From a virus, in the IMG/VR virus record IMGVR_UViG_3300045988_069178: DNA of 55,078 nucleotides; one strand, written 5' to 3'. A model generated the notes under the pieces. It saw nothing but the letters and a program-made list of their open reading frames with translations. It searched no databases and was not told where the DNA came from. Shown piece by piece: positions 40,501-50,159 of this stretch (its first letter is position 1; each line of letters opens with the position of its first letter). A program made the translations under genes and the position numbers.

Positions 40501-41500
40501 TAGCAATGTTGCTGTTTTCTGTGTCAGATTGTCCGATAGATGTAACTGTGTCCATTAAACCGCCGTCGCATTCATGTGTAATCTGCATTATAGGTGCTTT
40601 GTAATCAACACCGCCCTTGTTGACAGTTATAATGTCGCCTACCTCTAGTCGGTAATCACCGACGAACTTAACCGTAAGCGGTCTAAATGTAAAACCACCT
40701 ATCTTTTTATAGACTTCATTAAGAATTTCTTGTGTCATAAATGGATTGGCAAAACTAAGTCCTGTTGCTCCGTCGCCGGCAGTAATCTGACTTTGTTCTG
40801 TAGAACCGCTTTTGGTATTATTACATGTCAGTTTCTGTATGATAAAATCTTTACTCGTTGTGAATGTAACACCCTGCTGATAATACTTATGTCCGTCAAG
40901 TACATAACCGTTATCTTTATACCACCTTAATTCAAGGTTTCCATCAGAATTAATTATCGCATTACAGCCTTGCAGCATAGCCATATAACCGATAATTTCT
41001 CTATAGGTATATCCTTGCGGCTTGTCGCTGATAGTATGTGTTGTGACTATATTTGTTGCTAAAGATATACCTAACTTGTCGCATATCTCATTAAGAATGG
41101 CTTTATCTGTGCTAGGAAATGCCATGTCCGAGAAGTAAGGCATATCAGCCTTATGCATTTTGTCGTATGCTTCATAGCTTGTGTATTCTCCGTCACTTGT
41201 CTGTTTGGTAACTGTAAATATTCCCAACTGAATATACTTAATTTCTGTGCCAACCTTAACGCCCTCAAATATGGTAATCTCCTTATTTTCAAGGCTTACT
41301 GTTGGCATATAAATAGAAAAGGCAACACTGCTACTACAAGTGTTACCTATCGTAATTTCATTATTGGGATTTATCATGTTTTGGAACTTGAAATTGTTAA
41401 GCGTTTCAGTATGTTCTTTTCCATCAACGACATACTTAGAATAGTACCTTGCACTATTCCCCTTAACAATCTCTGTCATAGCTGTGCTTAAATTTTTCAT
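37595..41500 (-). CDS. Tail fibre / host-recognition protein with C-terminal S74 intramolecular chaperone domain
   Basis: 1301 aa. The N-terminal region is phage-tail-protein-like, with long T/S/N-rich coiled and beta regions. The C-terminus SDKNVKKDIQAL...HHGLIAQEV...YDELIA... is typical of Peptidase_S74. Confidence 0.8.
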   Translation of the reverse strand: MKNLSTAMTEIVKGNSARYYSKYVVDGKEHTETLNNFKFQNMINPNNEITIGNTCSSSVAFSIYMPTVSLENKEITIFEGVKVGTEIKYIQLGIFTVTKQTSDGEYTSYEAYDKMHKADMPYFSDMAFPSTDKAILNEICDKLGISLATNIVTTHTISDKPQGYTYREIIGYMAMLQGCNAIINSDGNLELRWYKDNGYVLDGHKYYQQGVTFTTSKDFIIQKLTCNNTKSGSTEQSQITAGDGATGLSFANPFMTQEILNEVYKKIGGFTFRPLTVKFVGDYRLEVGDIITVNKGGVDYKAPIMQITHECDGGLMDTVTSIGQSDTENSNIASGPITKQMERYYADLITVNKALINKLDVDTAKITYATITNLTAVKGDVDYLKVNNLTVDKANLLYASIERMEVVEGQIRNLNVDDLKAQVANINTLMFGSASGGSLTTEFSNSVVSLIGDAQIKSAMIESIAADKITAGKIYTNLVEILSESGNLDITDNTIQIKDANKVTRVQIGKDANSDYNMYVWDKSGNLMFDALGLTESGVQREIIRNDMIKENANIAASKLDIESLFTVINEDGSHTLKSSKIYVDANKQTLDVAFKNMTTNVTNLQNTVTTQGTQLTAVQGQISSKVWQQDINTTVNNLQIGGRNLFQNTGYTRGNLYLGWYQSTTTTHKDEIIVDNATLSGKARKITYVEAGSQGAYIDIPASLKSKKNLQKKVYTQSCLLKANKAISVTWGNSSPGFNKSTVNVSTEWQKFEIKTTVVVNHVFSKLTEFSVSNAAAGTELYIADYKFEEGEFATPWTPAPEDTDSSISTIDTKVTTVSNQYTTLNQSLTSLTATVNSNTTKISKKADGSTVTALQANVTALTADLNGFKTSVSNTYATKTSLSDYATVTAMNSAITQSASSILTTVSSNYATKASLEVKIDKDKLISEINASADVITLKSNRFILDSTNAKISADGTVNFIGGTIGGWNISSTKLSGSAGFYGIAINKPATTATKVININHIDTTAAATYVDDFYVRADGYTYIPDGYLSTKNHSIGGKGIEIHEANIDFYDWTKKDNFIGTILAGVIGKDSSDARGAIAILCDDGDRVQIGRRRGVSATSYDSAITVNGDDELGIEFYGNVKGYGQKGACFYVNNAGLTNFAITNQENTIYGNCELSVYGTQRLKYELYVEGNIHGNVISASDKNVKKDIQALNIEDSAHFIYSLIPSEFRFKNGTSNRLHHGLIAQEVKKSMGDSDWGLFIDKKVDNENYIETEVNSKTGEQTQLLTARYGLRYDELIADLIATVQSLNNRLKALEK

Positions 41501-41524
41501 TTTACACCGCCCTTTTTGTTTAAA

Positions 41525-41908
41525 TTAATGTTCAATCATAAATTCAATGCTGTATAACTCCGCCGGGCTTATATTTTCGCAATTATCAAAAGAATTTACA
41601 GGAAGCATTGTCATGTCAGGCACTTCAATTTCTTGTTCATTAATTTCTTTAAATTCTGTTGCTAATTTTTCGAGATTTTCGTCTGAAATTTTGTAGCGGT
41701 TATCTTCGATAATTGGCTCGTTCTTATCGTTTTTGTCGGCATATTTCTTTTTTAAATCGTCAAAAGCCTGTAACGCCGTTTTATACGGCTCTTCCAGCGT
41801 TTTAATATTGCACATAACAGCCATAGCAATTCTGCCGCTTGTTTTATTTTGTGATAACTTATCCAAATTCTGAAATCTCTGTATTAATTCGCTTGTTTTA
41901 AGTTTCAT
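41525..41908 (-). CDS. Hypothetical tail-module protein
   Basis: 127 aa with an AGAGGT RBS. Confidence 0.55.
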   Translation of the reverse strand: MKLKTSELIQRFQNLDKLSQNKTSGRIAMAVMCNIKTLEEPYKTALQAFDDLKKKYADKNDKNEPIIEDNRYKISDENLEKLATEFKEINEQEIEVPDMTMLPVNSFDNCENISPAELYSIEFMIEH

Positions 41909-41921
41909 GTGTAACCTCTTT

Positions 41922-42293
41922 CTATTTCTGTATTAAACTTAATTTTGCTCCGACTATAAGTCCGTCCTCGTTCTTTGCTCTTGTAAGATACGGATATGTC
42001 ACATCTCCTGTGTATATTGTCATTTCCTTTTGTGTGCCACCTAAAAATAGGACTTGTGCTGTTGGATAAGGGTTATCTATGTCGCTTACCACATTATCAA
42101 GTATTAATGCCTGTTCACCTGTTAATGGTGGTAATTGTAGCTCTACTTTATCTTTAATTGTCACAATCGTGCCTACCATTTCGCCGTAGTCATTTCTTCC
42201 TGTATTTTTAGACCATATCTTATTTCTGCTGTATGTGTAGCCGTTATACGCTACCGGGAATCTAACCCCCTCAATTACAACTGCGTCAATCAA
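41922..42293 (-). CDS. Hypothetical tail-module protein (distal-tail position)
   Basis: 123 aa with a TTG start. Position is downstream of the tape measure gene. Confidence 0.5.
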   Translation of the reverse strand: MIDAVVIEGVRFPVAYNGYTYSRNKIWSKNTGRNDYGEMVGTIVTIKDKVELQLPPLTGEQALILDNVVSDIDNPYPTAQVLFLGGTQKEMTIYTGDVTYPYLTRAKNEDGLIVGAKLSLIQK

Positions 42294-42375
42294 TCATACC
42301 ACCCCTTTCAAGGCATCAAAAAAGAACGTACCTTTCGATACGTTCTTTTGACAAGTTAATATTTTACTAAGGCAA

Positions 42376-42870
42376 TTATTTTAATAGTAGGGTTTTTACT
42401 AAAAGTTTTTTGTCGGATATAAATGGTGTTATTTCCAATGTAACATCATCTTCGCTATCCCCTAACACAAATGAAGAAGATACTGTTATAGTAACACCTT
42501 TTTGAATTTCTTTTCCGCTGTTTTTTGATTCATCATTGGCATGCCATATAGAGTGTTTAATTTCAACACCATTTTGAAAGCAAGTATCATCAAAAGAATA
42601 ATCAAAAACAGCATTATCATCTGAATTATTAGTAAAATCATAATAAACAATAAGTACCTTTTCGCCAAAATCATTTTCTGTTACTTCGTGTTTTAAATAC
42701 TTGACAGTTTTGTTTTTATAAGTAAACTCCCCGTCAGATTGATTATTTGTTTGATTTTCATTGCTAAGTTGTAGCACTACCTCACCTACAAGTCCGCCTT
42801 GACCACAACCTATCAATGTGAAAAGACAAATTGCTATTAAAGTGACTGTCAGCATTGTTTTGCACCTCAT
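42376..42870 (-). CDS. Lipoprotein (moron inside the tail module)
   Basis: 164 aa with an AGAGGT RBS. Signal peptide plus lipobox MLTVTLIAICLFTLIGC-GQG. Confidence 0.7.
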   Translation of the reverse strand: MRCKTMLTVTLIAICLFTLIGCGQGGLVGEVVLQLSNENQTNNQSDGEFTYKNKTVKYLKHEVTENDFGEKVLIVYYDFTNNSDDNAVFDYSFDDTCFQNGVEIKHSIWHANDESKNSGKEIQKGVTITVSSSFVLGDSEDDVTLEITPFISDKKLLVKTLLLK

Positions 42871-42930
42871 ATTAAAATACCTCTTTATCTTTTGTGCCTT
42901 TAATATATCTTTTTATTATGTTTTTGTCAA

Positions 42931-45900
42931 TTAATATGGAAAAGCCGCTTGACCTGTCATATTTGTGTATTGATTGGCATATCTCTGTGTTGTTCTGAAC
43001 ACTTCCTGTCCGTCAATCTGTACAACAATGTTTCCGTTTTGCTGTCCTATATTTGCATTAGCAAATACTTCTGACATGCCCTCAATAACAGCTTGCTTAA
43101 TGCCTTGCGTTATCTGTTCGTTATTTGCGACTGCTGTCTTACCATTACTGAATTTACCAACCATTTCATTATGGTTAGCAAAGAAAAGTCCGTCCTCTGG
43201 GAAACCGCCTGTTGCATATTTAGGTGCAATTTTAATATGAAAAGCACTTGCAGAAACATTGCCGTCACTATCTAAAACTTCACCTGTAAATTTACTTGTA
43301 AAACTGTTAGACAAACTGTTTCTAATTCGCCAAGCATTATTATTGATTGTGTCTTCCAAAGAGTTCATCAATTGAATTCCGGTATCTTCTCCAATGCTTC
43401 CTGCATTTACACCATTGACAATACCTTGAAAAGCTCTTACTGCCGCATATGGTATATTATTAATATTATTTGCAAAATTGTCACTTAGCGATTTTCCTGC
43501 ATTAGCACCAATATTTCCCATTTTTGAAAATGTGTTTTCAGTATCACTGCCAATAATTCCAAGCCTTGTAGCAATTTCATTTTTTACATTTTCAAACGTA
43601 TTAATCATTTCATCATGCGTTTTTTGAGTGTTGCTTGACATGGTGCTTGTCATTTCGTTTGAACAATATTCCATGTCGTTCGTAGCTCTAATCCATTCAT
43701 CTTTAGCATTGTTATAAGAATCTTCGTTGGATTTTACAGCTTTTTCAAGTTCCCTTACTTGATATTCAAGGTCAGTTGCCGCCGCAACGCCACTTGTATC
43801 TAAGTCCTCTGCAATTCCTTGTGTCCTTTGCATTGCATTTGCCAATTCGTCTTGCTTTTCTTTTAAGCGTTCTTTACTATCAGTAAGTGCAGCTTCCATT
43901 TCGCGAACATTCTTCTTGGCTTTATATTCGTCTTTTATGAGCTGGATGTACTCTTCTCTTAATGCCTCAAGTCTATACTCTTCTTTTTTCTTTTCTATAA
44001 GTTTTTCAACTTCTTCTCTTGTTCCTTTATATGCTCCTGTTCCACTGTCAATAGCTTCGCTTAGCTCTGGTACTTTCTTTATGAGTTCTTGCGAAACATC
44101 TTTGAGCATTTGTTGTTGTGTGGTTGTTAAATCAGTTTGGTCTGCTAATTCAAAATATTTTGTTTTAAGAGCGTCTATATCATCATAGGTTGTTGTATTT
44201 TGCCAGCCTTTTTCAATAGTGTCTAAAGAGCTTGCTACCTCCTTTGTCGTCTTATCTACTTCATCACGTACATTTGCATATTCATTGCAATATTTAGTTA
44301 CTTCGGTTGATGTTAAATCAATATTGTCATTAATAGACATTATTCCTGCAATTAAGGCTGTTATTCCTGCCATAGCCAACCCTGCCGGTCCGAAAGCTAC
44401 ATATAGCCCCGCCGCACCAATAGCGGCACCGCCAGCAATTTTAGCAATTGAAGCTACGAGGTTGTCACTGCCTTTTGTCACGTCATCAAATCCGCTTTTA
44501 ATAAGTTTAAATTCTCCAAAAGCTGATACGCCGCCAAGTAATGCTTTTTGGAATAGTGTCATATTATCTCTAGCAGTAGTTATTCCGCTGTTTAAAGCTG
44601 TGAATAATCTTTTATCCTTAACTACGCTTCCAAAGTCCTTAAAGCTTGTCGTGACCTTTGCAAGTTTAGGATGAAAAGAAAGGAGTGTAGCCGCTGTTTC
44701 GTCATATCCCATTTTAGATAGTTTTGTCGCTAACACTACATCTTCTGTTGCTTTACTTAGGGAATTAAGCTTATTGTACGTTTTAGTTATGCTTTTTATT
44801 ACATTTGTACTGCCTATTGCCCCAAGTACTTTAGGAACTGCCACAAGCGATATAAGAAGTGTTTCTATAGGTGCTTTAGATAGCACGCCTAAGTATAACT
44901 CAATAGCCGCTTTTAAGCCTTGTACAAGCACTTTAGCCGCCGATTTAAACACCTTAGTCCAATCAATTCCTGCAAGGAAACCACCCATCTTTTGACCGAT
45001 TGTAAACCAAGGAACTTTATCAATGGCATCTGCAAACCAGTTAAGTATTCCTGCCACAAGGTTAGATGTATCTTGTCCTGCCTTAAAGAAATCACCAACT
45101 GCAAAATCTTTAAAAATCTGTTTAACAGGTTCAAGTGCTTTCTCTATCTTATCAGCCCAAGCAACAGCGGAATTTTCCATATTGGCAAATGCTTTATTCC
45201 ATGCCGCTTCATATTCTGCCGCCGCCTTAGCAATATCGTCTGTCAAATCAATAGTGCTACCGCCGCCGCCACCGCTTGAACCCTTGCTTGAGCTTGTATC
45301 GTCCTGCAATTTATTAATTTCATCAAATCCCATAAGGGATAATGTAGCTTTCTTAGCTGAATCAGCTACGTCTTGGTAGCCGTCTGAAATATCTTCTAAG
45401 CCGTCTGATGTGTCTTTATAGCCACTTTGTCCGAAGCTTTCAAAGTCAATCTTAACGCCCATTAAAGAAGCAAGATTGACTAATAATCTTTTGATTGCAA
45501 TAGTTACTCCGTTTGCTACCGGCATAACCTTTGAAAGAATTGGGATAAATAGCTGTCCTGCTACCATTCCTACTTCCTTCATGTTGTTACTGAATTGGCG
45601 TAACATATTTGATGGGCTGTTAATCGTGTTGGCTAAATCGCCCCAAGATACTTTTGATTGGTCTAATATTGCTAACACTCTTAACTGTTGTTTTTCCATC
45701 TGTGTCATTTCAGACACCGACTTAGAAATGCCTAAGTTGTAAGCATACGTCGCTAATGTAGCATTGGTAATATCAATACCATACTTGTACAATGCCCTCG
45801 ATTGTCCGATTAAACCGCTTTGTAAGTTCTGTGCTACTGTTGAATAGTCCACATTGAAAAGTGAGCTTATATCGCCCGCAAGCATTGTCATTGACTTTGT

Positions 45901-46899
45901 TATTGCTGTTGTCGCTTCACCTGTCTGCCCTAGTGAGTTAGTGACAGAAGCTAACTGTGAAGCATACTGTGTTACTTCTTGTATGTTAAGCCCTAAGTTT
46001 TTAGCTCCGCTTTCTTCAAGCAAACCGCCTTGAACATTAACTTTTAAACCAGACAGCTTTCCAAGAGTATCATTTACTCTACTTTGAAAACTTTCTGCGT
46101 ATGCTGTTGCATTATCATATCCGTACTTTTCATAATCCTTATCCCATTCTGAACCAATCTTGCCAAACGCAACCGCTTGATAGTTGAACGCTTCAATGTA
46201 ATCTGTTGTTGACTTGATTGCTTCTATAAGTTTCTTACTGCCACGAATTACCATAAAATAAGTAGCATAAAACTTACCTATTGCACTTGCTAAGTTCCAA
46301 CTGCTTCTAGTTGCTGTCCTAGCACTTGTAGAAACGCCATACAGCGACTTTTGAAGTGAGTTTGAAGAAGTACCCACCTTGCTACCTTGACTAGCAAGAT
46401 TAGCCAATGCGTTAGTCATTTGAATAACATTTTGACTTACTGTTGGTGCTCTTGATAGCGTTGTCATTAAGCCATTTAAAGCATTACCTAGCTTTGGAAT
46501 GTTTACAACGGCGTTTTCTATACTCTTACTGCCTAGCTTACCAAGTGACTTTGCAAATTCTGTGACCTGTGATGCATTTTGCGGAATAGCTGATATGCTT
46601 GCAACTGCCTTTGTGACAGCTTGAAGTGATGTAGCTGTGTTAGTTAGTGCAACCGAATCAACAGAACCTATCTTTGTGATGTTCTTAGCAAGCCTTGTAA
46701 AATCTGCTGTCCCTGCGTTCATATTCTGCATAGCAGAACCTAACTGACTAACACCATTTGCAAGGCTGCTTAGTGATGAACCATTCACAGTTGCAAGTGA
46801 TGTTGACAGCCTTGTAAGCTGATTTATCAGTTTATCAACAGAATTGATAGCTTTAGTGGCAGTACCGGTAATTTTGACTTCTAAACTGTCTAATTCCAC
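42931..46899 (-). CDS. Tape measure protein
   Basis: 1322 aa. Helical, A/S/T/L-rich, with internal TM-like segments and a GGGGG linker. Position is after the G/GT chaperones. Confidence 0.9.
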   Translation of the reverse strand: MELDSLEVKITGTATKAINSVDKLINQLTRLSTSLATVNGSSLSSLANGVSQLGSAMQNMNAGTADFTRLAKNITKIGSVDSVALTNTATSLQAVTKAVASISAIPQNASQVTEFAKSLGKLGSKSIENAVVNIPKLGNALNGLMTTLSRAPTVSQNVIQMTNALANLASQGSKVGTSSNSLQKSLYGVSTSARTATRSSWNLASAIGKFYATYFMVIRGSKKLIEAIKSTTDYIEAFNYQAVAFGKIGSEWDKDYEKYGYDNATAYAESFQSRVNDTLGKLSGLKVNVQGGLLEESGAKNLGLNIQEVTQYASQLASVTNSLGQTGEATTAITKSMTMLAGDISSLFNVDYSTVAQNLQSGLIGQSRALYKYGIDITNATLATYAYNLGISKSVSEMTQMEKQQLRVLAILDQSKVSWGDLANTINSPSNMLRQFSNNMKEVGMVAGQLFIPILSKVMPVANGVTIAIKRLLVNLASLMGVKIDFESFGQSGYKDTSDGLEDISDGYQDVADSAKKATLSLMGFDEINKLQDDTSSSKGSSGGGGGSTIDLTDDIAKAAAEYEAAWNKAFANMENSAVAWADKIEKALEPVKQIFKDFAVGDFFKAGQDTSNLVAGILNWFADAIDKVPWFTIGQKMGGFLAGIDWTKVFKSAAKVLVQGLKAAIELYLGVLSKAPIETLLISLVAVPKVLGAIGSTNVIKSITKTYNKLNSLSKATEDVVLATKLSKMGYDETAATLLSFHPKLAKVTTSFKDFGSVVKDKRLFTALNSGITTARDNMTLFQKALLGGVSAFGEFKLIKSGFDDVTKGSDNLVASIAKIAGGAAIGAAGLYVAFGPAGLAMAGITALIAGIMSINDNIDLTSTEVTKYCNEYANVRDEVDKTTKEVASSLDTIEKGWQNTTTYDDIDALKTKYFELADQTDLTTTQQQMLKDVSQELIKKVPELSEAIDSGTGAYKGTREEVEKLIEKKKEEYRLEALREEYIQLIKDEYKAKKNVREMEAALTDSKERLKEKQDELANAMQRTQGIAEDLDTSGVAAATDLEYQVRELEKAVKSNEDSYNNAKDEWIRATNDMEYCSNEMTSTMSSNTQKTHDEMINTFENVKNEIATRLGIIGSDTENTFSKMGNIGANAGKSLSDNFANNINNIPYAAVRAFQGIVNGVNAGSIGEDTGIQLMNSLEDTINNNAWRIRNSLSNSFTSKFTGEVLDSDGNVSASAFHIKIAPKYATGGFPEDGLFFANHNEMVGKFSNGKTAVANNEQITQGIKQAVIEGMSEVFANANIGQQNGNIVVQIDGQEVFRTTQRYANQYTNMTGQAAFPY

Positions 46900-46913
46900 G
46901 CTTTAACCCCCTT

Positions 46914-47299
46914 TTATAGGATTGTTGGCGGTAGTCCTCTCTTTTCAGTCTGTGCCGCCCATTTTTGCTCATTGAGTAACATCAGCCGTAACTCTTTGTC
47001 GTAGGTATCTTCTTCGCTTTCTTCTGTTCTTTCTGATAAAATAGCCTGTTTAGGATATTCAATATGAGTATCTTTACTAAATGCCGCACCAATGCCGCAA
47101 GAAACAGCTGGAATTGCGTAAACTAAAAACCAGTTATACATTTCTGAATCGCGATTTTGCCTATCAATCTTTTTGCCTTTTGCATATAGTAATAATTTTG
47201 TAGGTGTCATTTTAAGAAAGTCTGAATAACTAACGCCTAGCGAACTGGCTAAGACAAAGTATTCTTCCCAGATTATTTTGTGGAAGTCTGCTTTTTCTT
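46914..47299 (-). CDS. -1 frameshift extension of the tail assembly chaperone (GT-like product)
   Basis: The -1 frame is open from upstream of the G stop codon through to 46914. AAG-AAA-AAG (plus strand 47291-47299) is a lysine slippery run 16 nt before the G stop. Confidence 0.55.
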
Positions 47300-47761
47300 G
47301 TGGTCTTGCGGAACTACTGTCGGTTTCTTCCGCTCCTGTGTCGCTTCTTCCACATTGTTTGCCATCTCTTCCAACATCGCTGTTATTCCGCTCAACTCGA
47401 AAAAACCATCATCTTCCATCGCTTTCTTGATTTCTTCAAACAATGTTCTATATCCGTAACTCTTATCCGTCTTTCTCTTCTCTGTAATATATGCTCTAGT
47501 GAGTTCCTTTGCTTCATCCATAGTTACAGGATTGTTGTCAATGCAACCTGCATAAATGGCTAAAATGCAAATCTCCGGCACATCTGCTGTCATATTTGCT
47601 AATCCATCAAAGGAAGCCTGTGCAACACTCTTATCTGTCTGTGCAAGTAAGTAAGAACCATTGACAACAGAAAACATTTTCTGTACTATCTCTTTACACT
47701 CTGCTGCTCCAAAAGAGAACTCAACTTTGTATTCTTTTCCGTTTACATTAATATTCATCAT
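47273..47761 (-). CDS. Tail assembly chaperone (G-like)
   Basis: 162 aa from ATG 47761 with an AAAGGGT RBS. Acidic protein between the major tail and tape measure genes. Confidence 0.7.
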   Translation of the reverse strand: MMNINVNGKEYKVEFSFGAAECKEIVQKMFSVVNGSYLLAQTDKSVAQASFDGLANMTADVPEICILAIYAGCIDNNPVTMDEAKELTRAYITEKRKTDKSYGYRTLFEEIKKAMEDDGFFELSGITAMLEEMANNVEEATQERKKPTVVPQDHKKKQTSTK

Positions 47762-47932
47762 AATTTTTACCCTTTCCCACCCTATCACCATATAGGGAAA
47801 GGTGCGGATTTTACACCGCACCTACCTTTTAAATTAATTATTCTGTTACATCATCAAGATATGATGTATAGTCGGCTGTTTTGGCGTTTGTGCCACCAAT
47901 CGACACAGCCTTTGATTTAGTCGATTGGCTTA

Positions 47933-48415
47933 TCATTCCCCCACCTTTGTTACTGTGAAGGTGCCACCAGCACCTTCGACAACTTGAAGCTTGTCTGTGC
48001 ATTCGATAGGTGAAGTGTTAGGAACTGCTGTTACTGTCATTTCAAGTACTGAATCAGTACCAGAAACATCATTAGGTGTTGCTGTTACCTGTCCGACAAA
48101 TGCGTACTTAGCAACCGCACCTAATCCGTCAGAGCCGTATAACTGAATAATATCTAACTGCTTACCCTCTGCTTTGATTAAGTCCTGTAAATAAGCCTTT
48201 TCAAGGTTGCCTGTGTAAGTCTTAGCATCAGATGTTTTGATACCCATTAAGAATGTCTGTGAATCATCTTCAAATGTTGTACTTTCAACTGTATTAGGTG
48301 CTGATACTGGTGCTGAAATTGACTTAGCTGCAACCATTAACTTATATGAGCCTGCAAAACCATCTTCGCTATGCTCCTTGTAGATAACTCTAGCTTTATA
48401 ACTTGTACTTGCCAT
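47933..48415 (-). CDS. Major tail protein
   Basis: 160 aa with a GGAGG RBS. Position and beta-rich composition fit. Confidence 0.65.
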   Translation of the reverse strand: MASTSYKARVIYKEHSEDGFAGSYKLMVAAKSISAPVSAPNTVESTTFEDDSQTFLMGIKTSDAKTYTGNLEKAYLQDLIKAEGKQLDIIQLYGSDGLGAVAKYAFVGQVTATPNDVSGTDSVLEMTVTAVPNTSPIECTDKLQVVEGAGGTFTVTKVGE

Positions 48416-48470
48416 TGCCTTGTCTACCTCCTAAAAATTTGCAAAAAAATAAGAGCATTTCTACTCTTTG

Positions 48471-48887
48471 TTACAATAATCTGTCATTTGCCGCTATCAT
48501 TCTTCTGAATCTAGCGGTACTCTTATGTACTTTATTGCTGATTGAGAACTCTGGCATTGCATTGCCTTGAAATCTCATTGTCTTGAATGTATCTGTAATT
48601 ATCGCCATAACCTTGCGACAGTCAGACTTGCTTGTGTTAGTGGTAACATCTACTTGAAATGTTGCTAACAATGCGTTTATTGTCTGTCCGTCAAGTGTTT
48701 GTCCTTGTTCTACTGCTGGCAGTAAATGAATGTATACCGCCGGGAATACTGCTTGACCGCTATTTTCTCCCTCATTGGTTATGACTATCTTTGGATATGT
48801 CTTTTTAAGCTGTGTTAGGGTTTTAGCCTTGACAAGTGCTGTGACTGTATTCTCGAGGTCTATCGCCCAATCGTTTGCATTTGCCAT
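48471..48887 (-). CDS. Tail completion / terminator protein
   Basis: 138 aa. Call rests on position in the head-tail joining block. Confidence 0.55.
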   Translation of the reverse strand: MANANDWAIDLENTVTALVKAKTLTQLKKTYPKIVITNEGENSGQAVFPAVYIHLLPAVEQGQTLDGQTINALLATFQVDVTTNTSKSDCRKVMAIITDTFKTMRFQGNAMPEFSISNKVHKSTARFRRMIAANDRLL

Positions 48888-49429
48888 TAACTAAATACCC
48901 TCCTTGCTACCTCAACATATTTCTGTATGATTTCCATATCAGCCTTATAAGCAGGCATTTGTGCTTCTACGCCATGTGTAAGAACTAAGGTTCCGTCATC
49001 GTCATAGTAACCCCACACTTTTTGTACGCCGTGATGTTCGCCGTATGAGCCTATAACCATACCATTAACAACACCTTTGTCGTGTGGACTACTTCCAGCC
49101 GCTCCATTGTAGAATACGCCAGCTCCGAACTCTATAAACATAAGTTCTTTGCCCTCTACAATTAATTTTGCTTCAACATATTCTCCTGCGGATTTCATTT
49201 CAACATAGCTGTGATGGCTTGTATCTGAACCGCTACGAACACCTTTCTCATCATATGTATAACTTGCTTTTGCCATATTTTCATCTATAACAGGTATTCC
49301 AACTTCTGCAAGCTCTTTGACAAGCTGTAAAGTTTTTTTGATAAGCCAGTTCTTATACTGTTGTAGCTGCCTGATAGCTTCATTTACGGACTTTTCAGAC
49401 AATGATATATTAATTGTATGTCTTGCCAT
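48887..49429 (-). CDS. Head-tail joining protein (HK97 gp10-like position)
   Basis: 180 aa, coupled to its neighbours. Confidence 0.55.
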   Translation of the reverse strand: MARHTINISLSEKSVNEAIRQLQQYKNWLIKKTLQLVKELAEVGIPVIDENMAKASYTYDEKGVRSGSDTSHHSYVEMKSAGEYVEAKLIVEGKELMFIEFGAGVFYNGAAGSSPHDKGVVNGMVIGSYGEHHGVQKVWGYYDDDGTLVLTHGVEAQMPAYKADMEIIQKYVEVARRVFS

Positions 49430-49437
49430 AGATGCAC

Positions 49438-49896
49438 CTACTTTACAACTGCTTTAAGCATATACTTAGTTGAATATAATGCTGGCTTAATGCCTACAAT
49501 CGTGAAGTCTGCTGATGTTTCATCAACAAGTCCATCAGATGTGTATGTAGGCTTGCTATCAAGCCAGATAAGGTCGCCTTTTTTCAAAGGGTACATTCCT
49601 TTGTCTGTTAGTAAAACCGCGTCAAAATCGGCTGTATCAAAGCCGTATTCCTTGGTCTGTGCTTCTCCGCCGCTGAATGATATGTTTGCTTTGAAATCGA
49701 CCGGCTCTGAAAAACCTGTTTTCTCTTCAAGAACTTTGGGTATCTTATTTCCCTCATCATCAAGATAAGGAATGAAGTTGCCATCTGTGTCGGTATATCC
49801 CTCATAAAGGATATTGCCATCATCATCTCTTTCATAGATAGTTACTGTCTGCCCTTGAAGTGAATACTTCATAGCTTGCTTATTGATGTCAAGCAT
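49438..49896 (-). CDS. Head closure / adaptor protein
   Basis: 152 aa. Call rests on position. Confidence 0.5.
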   Translation of the reverse strand: MLDINKQAMKYSLQGQTVTIYERDDDGNILYEGYTDTDGNFIPYLDDEGNKIPKVLEEKTGFSEPVDFKANISFSGGEAQTKEYGFDTADFDAVLLTDKGMYPLKKGDLIWLDSKPTYTSDGLVDETSADFTIVGIKPALYSTKYMLKAVVK

Positions 49897-50158
49897 TGTT
49901 CTTTACCTGCTTATAAATCTGATTAACACCTGTGCTTGACAGTCCAGATACAATGCCTACAGCGATTGCATTAAGAATGTCATTTGCCGGAAAGTCAGGT
50001 ATTACATACATACCTATAACGCCTAAGATACCGCCTGCAACGCCTACGATTATAGGAATGTAATTATCCTTAATGTGTGGGATTGCCTTAACTCCTAAGC
50101 CTATCAGATATGTTATTACAACGATTGCAACTACTGTTGATACTGATGTTATATCCAT
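49889..50158 (-). CDS. Holin-like three-TM protein
   Basis: 89 aa from ATG 50158 with a GGAGGT RBS. Three hydrophobic helices and a charged C-terminal tail (KQVKNNA). Confidence 0.6.
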   Translation of the reverse strand: MDITSVSTVVAIVVITYLIGLGVKAIPHIKDNYIPIIVGVAGGILGVIGMYVIPDFPANDILNAIAVGIVSGLSSTGVNQIYKQVKNNA

Positions 50159-50159
50159 T

